From contig NC_045697.1 in NCBI RefSeq assembly GCF_009834535.1, positions 36,396,001 to 36,460,000 of the forward strand: a stretch of 64,000 nucleotides of DNA. The letters are read 5' to 3'. Under the pieces are notes generated by a model. It saw nothing but the letters and a program-made list of their open reading frames with translations. It had not been told where the DNA came from and searched no databases. The stretch is from Camelus ferus. Its lineage: Eukaryota. Of this stretch, positions 50,506 to 63,948 are shown one piece after another. Made by a program: the position numbers and the translations under genes. Positions within the stretch are counted from its first letter, which is position 1, and every line of letters starts with the position of its first letter.

Positions 50506-53500
50506 TAGAGACTGAATTCTGGCTTGGCATAAAAACTAAAATCAAATGTTAATTGAGCACCTTGGAATTTGAAGTAAGTTGATAGATTTAGCTATAATGA
50601 GAACGGATACTTGCATAGCATTTTACAGCCTCAGAGAACTCTTTCTTGTATGTTATTCTCATTTAATTTATAGTCTCTGCCTCTTTGAAAGTCTTTTCGT
50701 TGGTAATCACTGTCAAAGGTGGATCATGCTTTTTCTGTTGCACACAGATTGGTAGCTAGTATATTTGCCAAATTGGAATCCTCTATAATATATTTTCCCT
50801 ACTCTTGTTCTTACCTCCATCTAAAATGTCCTCCTTTCCCATCCTATGTGGTTAAATCCATTCTACGTGTCTTTCAAAGCTCATTTCTTTCCTAAAGTTG
50901 CTTAAAAGATGTCACACCAATTTCCATGCAGAAGTGTTACAGCCATCTATTCAGATGTATGACCTGAGTTAGATAATCATACTAAGTGCATTTGTCTTTA
51001 ATTTGGGAATATGAAATAGTCACATTCTAGTTTTTATCTAGAGATTCCATCCTTGAACAATCTGCTGCCCAGTTCTTACTAGAGGGTCTGTTGTGAGAAA
51101 ACTGTGTTCATAGATTTCTGCAAGGATATGTGATACATTAATTTTTTAATTAAAAAAATAGTGGTTTTTATTAAAAGAATAGTGGTTCTGAACTTTGAAG
51201 CAGTAGGCTCTTTGAAAATTTGCTGCAAACTGTGGACTCCTGCTTGAAAAATACATGTATACACATGCATATATTTAGGTTTAGTGACTTCATTATCTCT
51301 CTGTATCCCATGTATACTAGTTAAGAACTCTTGCTCAGAAATATCATTAAATCCTTAGATTAAGCTTGGCCATCAAAAGGACAGTGTTTTCAAACCACAA
51401 CACACTGTTTTGCTGTCCTGATTAAATTACTTTTGTTGAATTGTACACTGTTATGCCTCATCCAGTATTGAGGAACATTTTGAGAAACAGGTCTGTGACA
51501 TTCACTTTTGTTTTTATTGTAGTGATATTGGAGACTTTGTCCCTATTTTCAGTGTATTTCAAAGCATGAGATTGCAATCCGTTAGGAGGGTGTGAAATCA
51601 GTTTTGGTGGTCTCAACCACCAAATATTTCTTGGTTTTATTTTGTTTTTTTCCTGTGTTATATTTAAATATGAATAAAATCTTTTAATTTTAATGTTACT
51701 TTTTCCTTTACAGTAAGTACTGTTTTGTAAAACTTTTGTTTTTTGTTTATGTGTTTACTGGATTGCTGTGCAAAATGTATTTCTTAAATAACTTTTGTGG
51801 TTTTAAAAGTTTAAAACTGCTGTGCTCTATCATACTTTCTCTTAAGGTGAACTCGAAGGAGAAATCTTTTTCTTTTATTCTCATAAATGTAAAATGGAAA
51901 TAATAGTTGCTACCTCATAAGGTTATTATGAGGAGTAACTATATATAACATGCTTAAAACAGTGCTTTCCTAGCACATAGTAGGTTCTCAATAAATATTA
52001 GCTATTATTATTACCAAAAAAAGGAGTCTTTAGAGTTAGTGCTTTGTTTTTACCTTAATGCACATTAAAGACTTTGTTATTAAGAATGTCCTTTATTTTG
52101 GCTGTTGAAAGATAGGAAGTTCGGAGATAAATTTGTGTCAAAAAATTAATAACTAACCTTTTGTCTATCTTCCCTTGTTCCTGAGTTTGTCACTTTTAAG
52201 ATTTCTGTTGTGTCTATGTAAGCAGCTTTCATACCATTTTTGGAACATCGGAATCATCAAAATAGTCATTTTAATTTAATTCCATTAAAATTTCACAGAT
52301 GCCTTCATATTTATCTGTGCTAGGAGGAAAGGTAGAGGTTCTTGTGAATATTCATTGCCTGTATCAAACTGAAGGTTAATGAAACTGCAGATATCCACCA
52401 TTGTTAGTTGCTGTCTCTTTCGCCTTTTTACTATATGATTGAGTCCAGAATAGAGAAGAGAATCTTGATGGTTGCATTAGCTGTCTGCTTTACTGAACAG
52501 ATACGTAAGTCCATTTAAACCTGTGCTATGTAGAAATCTAAGTTACAGTAGATCTTCATGGTGAAGCTCTACTAAATCTTTTTGTGCATTAAAATAAAAA
52601 GTAGTACATTGTAAACTTTAAGAGTAGTAAGGTTCAATATTGCTTACCATAATGTGGCATCTGTGTCAAATAGTAAGGCTTTTTGTTACTTTGATACATA
52701 TGTATCTGTTATAAAATATTTCTGACAAAATGGTAAACTTCACATTTTCTAATTAAGGTAAATCAATTTGTATGATAAAAATGCTTGAGCAAGGAGGTGT
52801 TATATTTATGGGAAAATAAGGAATTGCAGTTTTCTAGACTCCCTCTAACAATATACATTTAAGACTAATTTCTTATTGGTATGTTTTTAGAAACAGTATT
52901 TGCCATTTTGAATCTTAGTGATAGAATAACCCATTTAAAGCTGAAAAAACTGATCAGACTTCTCTGGACCATACTGAAGAAACTTTAATAAATGAGTACT
53001 CCCATGTGTCCCAGAATTTTTGAAAGCAGAAATCCTTAGAAATCCATGGTCAAAGGTTGTAGAATCTTTCCCCTTTTGTTACGTCTAACAGTTTGGAGAA
53101 TTTGCAATCCAAATTGCAAATCCAAACAAATTTGTGAGAATTTATTCTTGTAGGGAATAAATTTTAAGAAGATAGAGGAGAATCCAGTGATTGAGAATAG
53201 AACAGAATGGAAAAGAAAATAGGAGAGTAGATAAAGATTTTTACTATGAAGTCTAGGTAGCTATAAATGGTGGGTAATTCTGGCCTCATAATATATACCT
53301 TTATCTCTTGGGATGTTGGAATCTAAAATGTATGTATATATGGGAGAGTGCTTTGATATGAAATTATAGTGGTCATAGCTTTGTAATATTTTAAGTTTTA
53401 GGAAAAAAATTGGAGGAATATTTGTATTATGTCAGAGGTATTTGAATTTTTCTAATATGTGAATGTTAGGATAGTTTCCCAGCTATACTGAAGGGTACAA

Positions 53501-54942
53501 GTTAAGTAAAATCACTTTTGATCTTTGAGATCATGAAGGAACTTAGGAGGTCAATGACCCAGGCATAAAATCAGAAAGGCTTGAATGTTTTTTAAATGTA
53601 TTAAAATTATAGAGAACATAAGTCTTAAGTGGGCAAGATGGTAGGTAGGAATTAACTGTGTACTTGAAGACATTTCAAATGCAATTATAGACTTTCTGTA
53701 GGGCTCTTTGTTTTTGTTAGCATAAAATTATTTATAGGGCTTTTAAGGTTCACTTGAGACAGAAATTCTTTCCACAAATCGTAAGCTTTTCAAAGGCCAC
53801 TTATCTCACTGGGAGGCAGCATGGCTCAAGGGAAGAGGTCTGAGGCTTAGAATCAGAAAGACTCTGGTGTGAGAGTTAGTGTTGCCCTTTAATTATTACT
53901 GAGGTTCATGACATCACTCTGGGCTCTAGTTTTATCATCTCTAACAGTACACATTAATTTTTTAAGTTGTGTTATTGTGAGGTTTAGGTATAAAATGTAG
54001 TAATTCAGCAGACTGTAGCTGCTGTTATCAGTCATTTTAGGAACCTAACTGTGGTGACTGTGGAAGGATCTATGGTACTTTGTTTACTTCTGTAAAGTTT
54101 TAAAACCAGAATTGTTCAGAACTGAAATTAGATGAAAAAAAATTCATCTAATTTGCATCCATTTTTCATTGCCTATTCCCTCGAGTGACTTCTATATCTT
54201 AAGTATGTATGTATTTTTAAAGTTCTTAACTACACTAAATGGCTTTTAACATTATTTTACTTTTTAAAATTTAACTTGTTAGATTTTCATATTAAATTTG
54301 CAACATTTTTGTGATAGACTATTTTTCCATCTACTTAAAACTTTAACAGTTCTAAATACAGTTGGAGGTGGAGCTACCATTTAAACATTTGAATTTTTCT
54401 CTCTAAAGGCAAGTTATCAGAAATGGAAAAGTGGTTCCCTTAATCTTTCTAATGGTCAGAATAAATCACTAAGGAAAATATCCTGTGTGTATTAAAATGA
54501 ACATTATTTCTTTTCAAGCCCTTCTGGAGAATTTTTTTAAACTTCTGTATGTAATAAAACCATGGTACGTGTTAGAGTTATAAGGGCCTAAATTTTTATT
54601 TCTATTTGTTCAGCATTTGCTACCCGATTCAATTGCCCAAAGATAAATTCAGTTAGACACTGTTAAAAAATAGTAAATTTAAAAGAAAACCTGCAAAAAT
54701 ACTTAAGATTTAGCATTATGATCATTGTTGGGAGTGGTGGTTCTACCTTATTAATAAAACTTAGTTTTTATGACAATGTGAAGTAGCAATATCTAAATGA
54801 AGGTTTTTCAGTGTGTGTTGTGATTTAATTTTATTTTAAATTACATTGCAAAGGGTTTTAGATTTTATTGCTTACCTAAGATTTGTATTATTTTTCAAAG
54901 ATCTAATTAGCTCAAACTGAAGTGATTCAATTTTTGTTACAG

Positions 54943-55036
54943 GAGATTGCCTGGGGCAATTGATGTTATTGGTCAGACTATAACTATCAGCCGGGTAGAA
55001 GGAAGGCGACGGGCAAATGAAAACAGCAACATACAG
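54943..55036 (+). CDS. FIP1L1: FIP1L1 exon 12 (94 nt) [31 protein letters not shown]
   Basis: TTACAG|GAGA...CAG|GTTTAG; in frame. Confidence 0.95.
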
Positions 55037-56738
55037 GTTTAGTATTTTTAAAATTATTATTATTTTTTAACTGAAGGAATATATCTGTGCTCTACATATA
55101 TTCATAGCACTATGCTATGTGTTAGGTGCTACAAAGGGATTTAAAATGTGGAATCAATCATTTTGTTATTACAAAAGCTGTTCCATTTAGAATTTATAAC
55201 CTTTGAATCTTTTTCAGTAAGATTTCCTTTTCCTTGCTATAAATGTGATATATAGGCTCATTGGACTGAAAAAGGAAAATATGGGAAAAGTTTAAAGAAG
55301 AAAATAAAACCATCAGTAATTCTGAAACTCTTAACATTCTGGTAAATTGCTTCCTCGTCAGTGGGCAAGATTGGGATAGATACTACTATGATTATATTTT
55401 TGTGTATCCTTATTTTTTTTTAAATTTGAAATTATCATTTGCATTTTCCCACATTCTCAAAGTATGGTTTAAAATCTCATGATAGATTTATCATATGGCT
55501 TTCTATAATTTATTTAATGTGGCATATCTGGGGGAAGTAGATCTCCTTTTTTTCAAGTGAAAGAATGAAAGGGGGTGAGTTATTAGTAGCATGGATAATT
55601 CAAGTTTGAACTTGAGTAACTGAGACTTTGAGCTATTAGCTTGATCACATGTTTTTCACTATTTTCTTTCTCTGAGTACTTTTAAAAATGTCCAAAGTGT
55701 TTTTGATCCTTATTACCTTAAATAAATTAATCATGTAAAATGTTCTTTTTAGCATCTTTAAAGGTAAATTATTTCTAAAATGGAAGATAATCCTCTTATT
55801 TCCTATCATTAAAAACGCCCCATCATTAAAATGCCATGATTTCTTAGAATAATTCTGTTTTTTACTTTAAAAAACTGCTTATCAGCATAAGCCTTTCAAA
55901 AATTACTATGCTTAAATGTAGGAAAAGTTAATGAAAGGAGGAATTATATGTTTAAATGATATGGCTTAGCCAGCAAGGATTTGAAAAGTATAAATTAAAT
56001 ACATAACATTATGTTGCCTGTTTCTGCTGTTTTTCCCAAACATGTTTGCACATCAGAATCCCTCAGGGAGCATGTCAGAAATCCAAATTTCTAGGTGCCA
56101 CTCTCCTGTAGGTTTGTTGCCTGTCCCTTACCTGTTCACACAGATCAGTATTTTGTAAATATTTTTACTTTTTAAGTATAAACCCTTGTTCTTAAAGTTA
56201 CAAGGCTCATGTGAAAAAGTTATTTATTTATCTGGCTGCCTGTTAACTTGCATCCTGCTGATGCATGCCTTAGTCTCTTTGTAACCTGGTGATGACAGGC
56301 CTTGGTACAGTGACTATCTGGTTCTGCTGCCATGTTAATTTCTAATGCTAGTATCTGTGAGTAATGATTATATTGTCTTAATTTGAATAGTTTAACTTCG
56401 GTTGGATAACAAAGATAATCTTCATTACATTTTATTTATGAAGTACTTGTTTCTTGTTTAGAATATTCTTAAATCCCTTAATTATTTCATAAGAATTTTA
56501 TTTGTAATGATTCAGTTTTTCCTAGGCTTTGAATATGAACATCTTAAAAAGTGTGTGAGTGTATACTCTCATCTGTATAGTATACACACATCACACACAT
56601 AGAAAACTTATTCCTGCCTCCCCAAAATAGATTTGTGAAGGAAACTTACTTCTTAGATTGAATGAAATTAATTTACTGAGTTTAATCTTAGATAGGAACA
56701 TTTATTCATCTTTTTAATTAACTACGCTCTAATTTTAG

Positions 56739-56895
56739 GTCCTTTCTGAGAGATCTGCTACTGAAGTAGACAACAATTTTAGCAAACCACCTCCATTTTT
56801 CCCTCCAGGAGCTCCTCCTACCCATCTTCCACCTCCTCCATTTCTTCCACCTCCTCCAACTGTCAGCACTGCTCCACCTCTGATTCCACCACCAG
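56739..56895 (+). CDS. FIP1L1: FIP1L1 exon 13 (157 nt), proline-rich [52 protein letters not shown]
   Basis: TTTTAG|GTCC...CAG|GTAAAT. No further FIP1L1 exon recognised before the window end. Confidence 0.96.
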
Positions 56896-58902
56896 GTAAA
56901 TAGTAAATAAGACATTTGATTTTGAAAGAAAAATAATTCATGAGTGTTTTTAAAATTTTGAATTTAACAACTAAAATATATATTTGAAAATAGCATCTTT
57001 ATTGATTGCAATGCATTAAAAGTAACAGGTATGAAATTTATTACATTATATTTTCAGTAGGTTCACACTGAAACAAAAGTATACATGTCTTATTATTTCA
57101 GAAAAGCAAAGAGACAGTGTACTAAAATAGAGAAGAATGGACAGATACTAAAATTGTAATCCAAAAATATGATAGTGATCCTCACATTAAAGCTGCTAAT
57201 TGTAATGTATAAATCCACATTGAATTGTAAATCATGTTACCTTGTTTTGAAAAAATATTTAGATACTTGAAGAATTGAGGAGGTCAGCAAATTATATCCT
57301 GTGCAGAGATTGAAATTAAAATCTCAGTCTGGTCGTCTTTCTTTGTATACTGGTTTCCTTTTAGGAGACTGTTTTGGGTGCCAGGTACCTGGTATTTACT
57401 TCTATTAAACAAGACAGAAAATTAATGTCAATTTTTATCATATTCTTAGCCACTTTTGATTTTTTTATTAAAAACTAGATCAGTGGCAGGAAAAAAGTCA
57501 CAAATAATCCCCAAATTTTATACTTTTCAACCTTTCATCTGATGGCCTTTGTTATTTTATTCCCAATAAGCTTTCAATATTTATACCCCTTAACCAGTTT
57601 TTAATGAAACTCACAGGATTGATTGAGGTAACAATTACTTTCTGCCTAGGAAGAATGCCAGTAGTAAATGTTGAAAATAATCTGCTGGTCCTAACCAGAA
57701 CTACATGTGCCATTTATGTTAAAATTTGCTTTTTATTAGTAAAATCAGTTTATATTAGAGAGCCTTGTCCACTTACTTTGCATTTGCAAGAGAGTTGTCT
57801 TTGTTTTCAGAGGTGGCAGTTGTGATCAGAGTACAGAGGGAATGAATAATCCTTCCCTGTAGTATTCATCACTGGCCTCTAAATTTTAGCTATTGCATCA
57901 GCCCCACAACCACAACACCTTTGATTTCCTTCCAGTATCACCTCTGCTTTCAAAAATAATAAGGAAACTTTGAAAAATGACTGTGGCTTTAGGGAATCTG
58001 TTGTCTCAAAAATAGATGAAAGAGAAGATTAGATAGTTTGAGTTGCTTACTCCAGACAACATTGTTTCTAAAGTTCAGTGAATTTCTTATTCCAACTATA
58101 AATTACTTGTTCTGAAGCACAAACCATTCAGAAATTGTGATTGGGTATATGATTCTTGTCTCTTTAGTATGGTGAGAATTAACTAAATGAAAAGGGAAAG
58201 TAATGATGACTCAGTGATGCATAAATGTGTCCTTTGTTCTATAAAAAAGATGTAGAAATAGTTAATTTTGAACATATCTGATTTAATGAGACTAAAAGAT
58301 GATCAATGTATGCGATAATAGTCTTTACACTAGATTGCTTTGTTATTTAAATTTTACTAACTACTAAAGGTGATTAAAAGGAATTTCTTATTTACTAGCT
58401 AACATTTTATATATTTCAATACTTGCTGTTTGTTGAAGTAAGTGAGAGAGAAGTGGTATGAATTAATGATGAAAGAATAAATACCTCACTGGTGTAAGAA
58501 TATTTAGAAGCTCTGTAGGATATTGATAGGCAACAGCATTATCTGGACCTGTGCCTCTTTTCAAAATGCTAAAAAATCTTTACATTTCTTTGCCATATAA
58601 CCTGTTTATAATGATAACAAATCTTTTAATAACGTTTAGATTATCTATGGCAGTATACTGTAGAGTACCACTGATTTTTTTTTTTATTGCTTAAGCTATT
58701 TAATGTTAATTTTCAACTACATGCTTTCCATATTTTAAATACCTGTTGAGATTTCCTTTGATGCCTATCCTTAGATTACAGTTCCATGCTGTCCTGTCAG
58801 CATTTAAGGAATACAAATTCAGATGAGTTTTAATGCTGGTTTAAGCAGTACCTAACTGTGGTATATTTGCTGGAGGTGGTGAGGGGGGAGATAACAATTA
58901 AT

Positions 58903-59130
58903 GTTTTTTTTTAACATTTTTTTAATTGAGTTACAGTCATTTTACAATGTTGTATCAAATTCCAGTCTAGAGCACAATTTTTCAGTTATATATGAACATA
59001 CATACATTCATTGTCACATTCTCTTTCACTGTGAGCCACCACAAGATCCTGTATATATTTCCCTGTGCTACACAGTACAGTCTTGTTTGTCTGTTCTACA
59101 TTTTGAAATCCCAGTCTGTCTCTTCCCACC
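58903..59130 (-). mobile_element. 5'-truncated young L1 3' end (camelid-like)
   Basis: Poly-T then AACATTTTTTAATTGAGTTACAGTCATTTTACAATGTTG...TTCCCTGTGCTACACAGTA. Confidence 0.75.
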
Positions 59131-59134
59131 AAAA

Positions 59135-59261
59135 TTTTCTTAATGCGGTGGGTGAGGTAATTAGGTGTACTTACTTATTTTTTAATGGAGGTACTGGGAA
59201 CTGAACCCAGGACCTCATGCACGGTAGGCGCACACTCTACCACTGAGCTAAACCCTTCCCC
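59135..59261 (-). mobile_element. tRNA-derived SINE (camelid Vic-1-like)
   Basis: Reverse complement reads GGGAAGGGTTTAGCTCAGTGGTAGAG...GTCCTGGGTTCAGTTCCCAGTACCTCCATTAAAAAT...CCTAATTACCTC; same family as the 18339 copy. Confidence 0.85.
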
Positions 59262-59976
59262 AGCAATTCATATTAAAACCAAATATTTGTCAGTTAAGAC
59301 TGTCTGGATTAATCCTTATTTTTACTAGATTGTGAGCTGTTGGAGAGAACATAGGCTGTGTATTTCCATCTGTGTTTCCCCACAGTGCTAATCACAGATG
59401 TCTTCTGTATACTTGACATTCTCTAAGTATGCTACCTAATTGAGTTCACAACATTATGTATCCATAACACCAAAGAGATTTTCGGCTTGACAGTGGGTAC
59501 AGTCAGACAGGCATTTATCAATCAGAATGGTCACTGACTTTAAACAACAGTATGGCTACACAGATAAATAAACCAGTTGAATATAGACCTTGATTAAAGC
59601 CACATTTTCAGTTACCATTTACCGCAGAATCCTATGATTACAGTATGTTCTGTAGAGTTTGCTGTAATTTAGATCACCTTAAGAATCATAAGCAACTAAT
59701 GAAAGAAAGCTGTGGCTCAGGAGTCTGTAAGTATTGCTTTAAGTACTCCATTTGTCTTAGAGAAACCTTGGAAAACCCTTTTGCTTTCTTTAGAAATGCT
59801 GAAAGGAAAAATGAAAAAATCTTTGGAGAATTAATTTAAACATATTTTAATGTAGCCTTTGTTAACATTAGGTTTCAAATGCTTAAGTTTTTAAGGCTAT
59901 AGTTCTGTATATGATAGAACAAATACAGCAATGATGTATTATGCCCTTATTTTGGAGTGTGATGTTTTTTCATGAA

Positions 59977-60101
59977 TAGGGTGACCATATATCCAGATTT
60001 TCCTGGAACAGTCCTGTTATAACTTTTAACCAAGCTTAATGATTATTACTTACTCTCAGAAATTCCCTGATGCGGAGGATAATAAAATATATGGTCAGCT
60101 C
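59977..60101. mobile_element. hAT-Blackjack-like MITE (MER94/MER81 type)
   Basis: Terminal inverted repeats TAGGGTGACCATAT ... ATATGGTCAGCT. Confidence 0.65.
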
Positions 60102-60589
60102 TTGGAAATTTTAGGTGTGGCTTATTGAATGAGTATACGGTTACTCCTTAGCAGTGATAAAGAGTGCTTCATTCAAGGGACTTTCATTGTCAAATAGTTA
60201 GCAGAAAAGAAGCAATGTGTTGCTTCCTCTCGCCTCAAACACACATCTACAACATACATGAAGCTTTGTTAGTAACAGAAAGGACGAAGTTGTATTTCTG
60301 GCCACGATAGATTTGTATGAAGAGCAGAGGAGGCCTTGTATTGGAGAGTACAATAAGCACATAAGGGACTTTGGTCCTACATTAACGTTGTGGCTTTTGA
60401 ATGGAAAAGTATTTAATATAGTTCCTTGCCACCATACTAACAGTGTAACTTGAAAACAAACACTGGTTATTCAGGATCTTCCTTAACTTTAGAAATGTTA
60501 TTTTCATTTTCTAGTGAACCAGGGAATAGTTTCTGATGAATTAATTTTTTTCAGAAATTAGTATGGTTTCATGCTTTCTCTGAGCAATA

Positions 60590-60800
60590 ATAGAAATAAT
60601 AGCTAATATTTAATGAATGCTTATTATTGAAAACACTGTTCTGAACACATTTCACGTATTAACTCAATTTGATTCTCAACAACATCTGAGGCAGATATTA
60701 TTCTGATTTTACATATGAGGAAACTGTGGCTTAAGAGACTTAAGTAATAGTTAGAAAGTTGCAGAACCAGAATTCTAAACTAGGCATTTTTGCTTGAATG
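60590..60800 (-). mobile_element. MIR SINE
   Basis: AATAATAGCTAATATTTAATGAATGCTT...ATTTTACATATGAGGAAACTGTGGCT. Confidence 0.7.
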
Positions 60801-61159
60801 CCTATTTTATTAACTATGTTGAAGTGAAGAAGTGAATCATTACCTATGTCAAGAAAGCTGCATTATTGAGTTATGTGTGTTCACCTCAGTAACATGGCTT
60901 AAAAGCTTTTTTTTTTTTTAAATTTCCTGATGTTGAAGTGCATGCATATATGTTTGTGGTTAAGGAAGTTAGGAAGGTTGTAAAGAGCAAGAATCACATT
61001 AAAAAAAAAACAAACCAGTTAACTGAGGTTTTACTCTTTGCCTGATTAGTGTTAAGTCTGTTTACTGAATAAACCAGTTTTGAAATGCATGTGGGTTGGA
61101 AGAAAAATTGTAAAATTGGAAGAACTGATGTTATGGAGTAGTTGATTGTGTGTGTGTGT

Positions 61160-61440
61160 ATGTTTATAGTAAACTATACATAGTATTGATCATTTTAACC
61201 ATTTGTCAGTGTACAATTCAGTGGCATTACATACATTTACAGTGTTGTGTAGCCATCACTATCTATACCTAAAACTTTTTCATCATTCATAACAAAAACT
61301 GTGTACTCATTAAACATACCTTTCTCCCTACCCCAGCTTCTGGTGGCCTCTTTCTGTCTCTGTGAATTTGCCTATTCTTGGTACCGCATATAAATGGAAT
61401 CATATGATATTTGTCCTTCTGTGTCTGGCTTATATTATTT
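61160..61440 (-). mobile_element. L1MB-like 3' end
   Basis: GTGTACAATTCAGTGGCATT...TCTGTGAATTTGCCTATTCT...AATGGAATCATATGATATTTGTCC. Confidence 0.75.
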
Positions 61441-62091
61441 GGTTTATTTAAATAAAATAGTTAATAATTGTAAACAAGCTGTTTTAAAACTATGGTCAAA
61501 CTTTTATGTTTTATGGTAGGCTTTTAATTTAGGCTTTTAAATGTTAATTTACTTTAGTGTCATATTTTATCTTCCTTTTTTAATAATGAAGTTTGTTGAA
61601 CAAGACAAGGGAGATTCAATTTAACTTATTGCTTATTACCTTAATATTAAGCCTCATGTGGCTCTGGTTCTTGGGAGCAATTGAAATCAAGCTCATGAGT
61701 TGAATTCTCCAAAGTTGAATAAGGCTTTTTGCTTTACTGAGATGTAGCTCAGTGAATGCAGAACACAGATAAGTCATCCCTGCTTTTAAAGTTGGATCTG
61801 GGGTTTAGCTGTTTATCTAGATTTCAAAATGTATAAAATTTTGTGTTTTAGAAGGAAGTACATTTCTTCCTAGAAGACTTGTTAGATACATTAGTATCTT
61901 ACTAGTCATCTAGTACTACAAATTATATGAGCTTAAAAATCTTATCTATTCCTTAAATACCTTGATTTTGAGTCATTGATGACACATGGGGTTAGGGAGG
62001 AAAGCAGCTCAAGTCTGGAGTCTTTCTGCATTTCCTCTAGGGTCTGCATTGTCTTTAGATTATTTTCCTGTTAATAATCTGGTTTCTAGCA

Positions 62092-62652
62092 CAGCAACTA
62101 TCAAACTTTTTCGTCACAGACCTCTTTAGACTCTTAAAAGTTAACTGCAGACCTGAAAGAGCTTTTGTTTATTTGTATTATATCTAATTTTCAGTAAAAA
62201 GTAGAACTGATAGATTAAAATATTATATTTCAAATATTTTTAGAGATACGTAATAAGCCCATTATGTATTAATATTAAGACAACATTTTTATGAAAAATA
62301 ACTTAATTTTTCCAGAATAACCAAAGCCATTTAGTGCAAAGAATGGCCTTGTTGTACACTTTCACAGCTCTCTTTACTGTGTGGCCTTGTTGTACACTTT
62401 CGCAGCTCTCTTTACTTTGTGGCTTAAAAGAAAAAAAACTGGATTCTCTTACTTGCTTCTTCATTAATCTGTTGTGATTTCACATGTTATGTAGCCCCTG
62501 GAAAAACTTCATTGAACATTTGTAAGAGAATGAACGTGAAAATGGCAAATAACATTCTAGTGCTTTTATAAAAGGAGTTTTGACCTTCCTGATTCCTAGA
62601 AGGGCCTGAGGGACCCCTTAGGAAGCTCCAGATAACACTTTGAGAACTGCTG
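62092..62652. mobile_element. Charlie1-like hAT DNA transposon
   Basis: CAGCAACTATCAAACTTTTT...AAAGAGCTTTTGTTTAT...CACTTTGAGAACTGCTG with matching imperfect TIRs. Confidence 0.7.
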
Positions 62653-63948
62653 ATTTGGCAGAATCATGGCTTGAATTGGATGAATATTATATGCACCCTT
62701 GAGGAAGTACTATTGTGTCCCTTTATTTGAGAAGCTATTCTGTGAATAACATTTATTAAGCTAATTTTATAGTTCCATGAAGAATTTTAATAGCAAATCT
62801 GCATATTAACTGATGCTGTTTGCCAAAAATGTAAACATTTCAGAAATGTATTTTCTAAAAGTACCTTTTGAAAAATAATTTCTTGAAGTTTTTGAGAACT
62901 GTACTCATTTTCTATTTTGTTGCATTTTCCTATATTAAAAAAAAACCCCAACAGTCTACCAGTGTTTTCAGTAAACTCAAAATAGGGAATAATGCTAATT
63001 ATCTGTAATGAGCAGTATTTTTTGGCACAATTAAAATTAATTTAAATGTAAGTTTAATAGAAATTAAAAGCCTCTTTGGGATATTGATTTTTGAATGTCT
63101 TTTTTTCCCCAGAGATGCTCCCTTTATAAGACTTATATTTTAATACACCATAGATGCTGTCTTTTATAGAATTTAATTATGGTTTAGTATTTGGTTTTTG
63201 TTTGTGCTTGTCTTTCAGTTATTTTTCCATTAGATATGAGTTTATAGAAATTAATTCCTTTACAAGTTATTTGTAAAAAATACTAATATTTCTATCAGAG
63301 ATACTTTTATTTGTCTAACAGAATTTTTTTCTGTAGGCTTTTAGATTATTTTATAAATTAGAGGATTAAGAGATCCTAATAAAGATAAAATAGTTTATCT
63401 GTGTTATAGTTAACATAAAATTATCTTTTTTACTTTTTAGGTATGGAGTATGCTGATAACTTTTTTTGTTGCTTTAAGTTTTGTGACTTAAGTACCTTTT
63501 AACATTTTTTTTCTTCAGAGTTACTTCCATCCCTTTTTATACCTTTGTGATTAATCATTGTACAGTTTTAAGAAATACTTTTATGGTATTCTACTGTTTA
63601 TTTTTTTAAGGGTAGATGGCACATGATGTGTGTGTATATATAATATTAAAAATACTGATATATAGAAAAGCATGTGGTGGAAGGTAGTAGTATCTAAAGA
63701 TTTTTATAAACCTTGACTTTTTGTACTCAGTTATTTTTGTGCAGAACTTACTTACGAGCTTGATGGCTTTAAAGTAGAAGTTGATGAGACTTAAGGAAAG
63801 TGATCAGACTTACCTATTTGTAACATAGTAGTGTTGATGAAATTTGCAATTTCCAAGTGAGAAATAGGAAACATAGTTCACATAGTTCTCCTGTGCTTTT
63901 TTTTTATTTCATTTGAACTTAATAGAGATGTGATAGGTAGTTACTGTA

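Noticed and set aside
56718..56941. Gly-rich and Trp/Arg-rich minus-strand ORFs
   Set aside because: Antisense of the proline codons in FIP1L1 exon 13.
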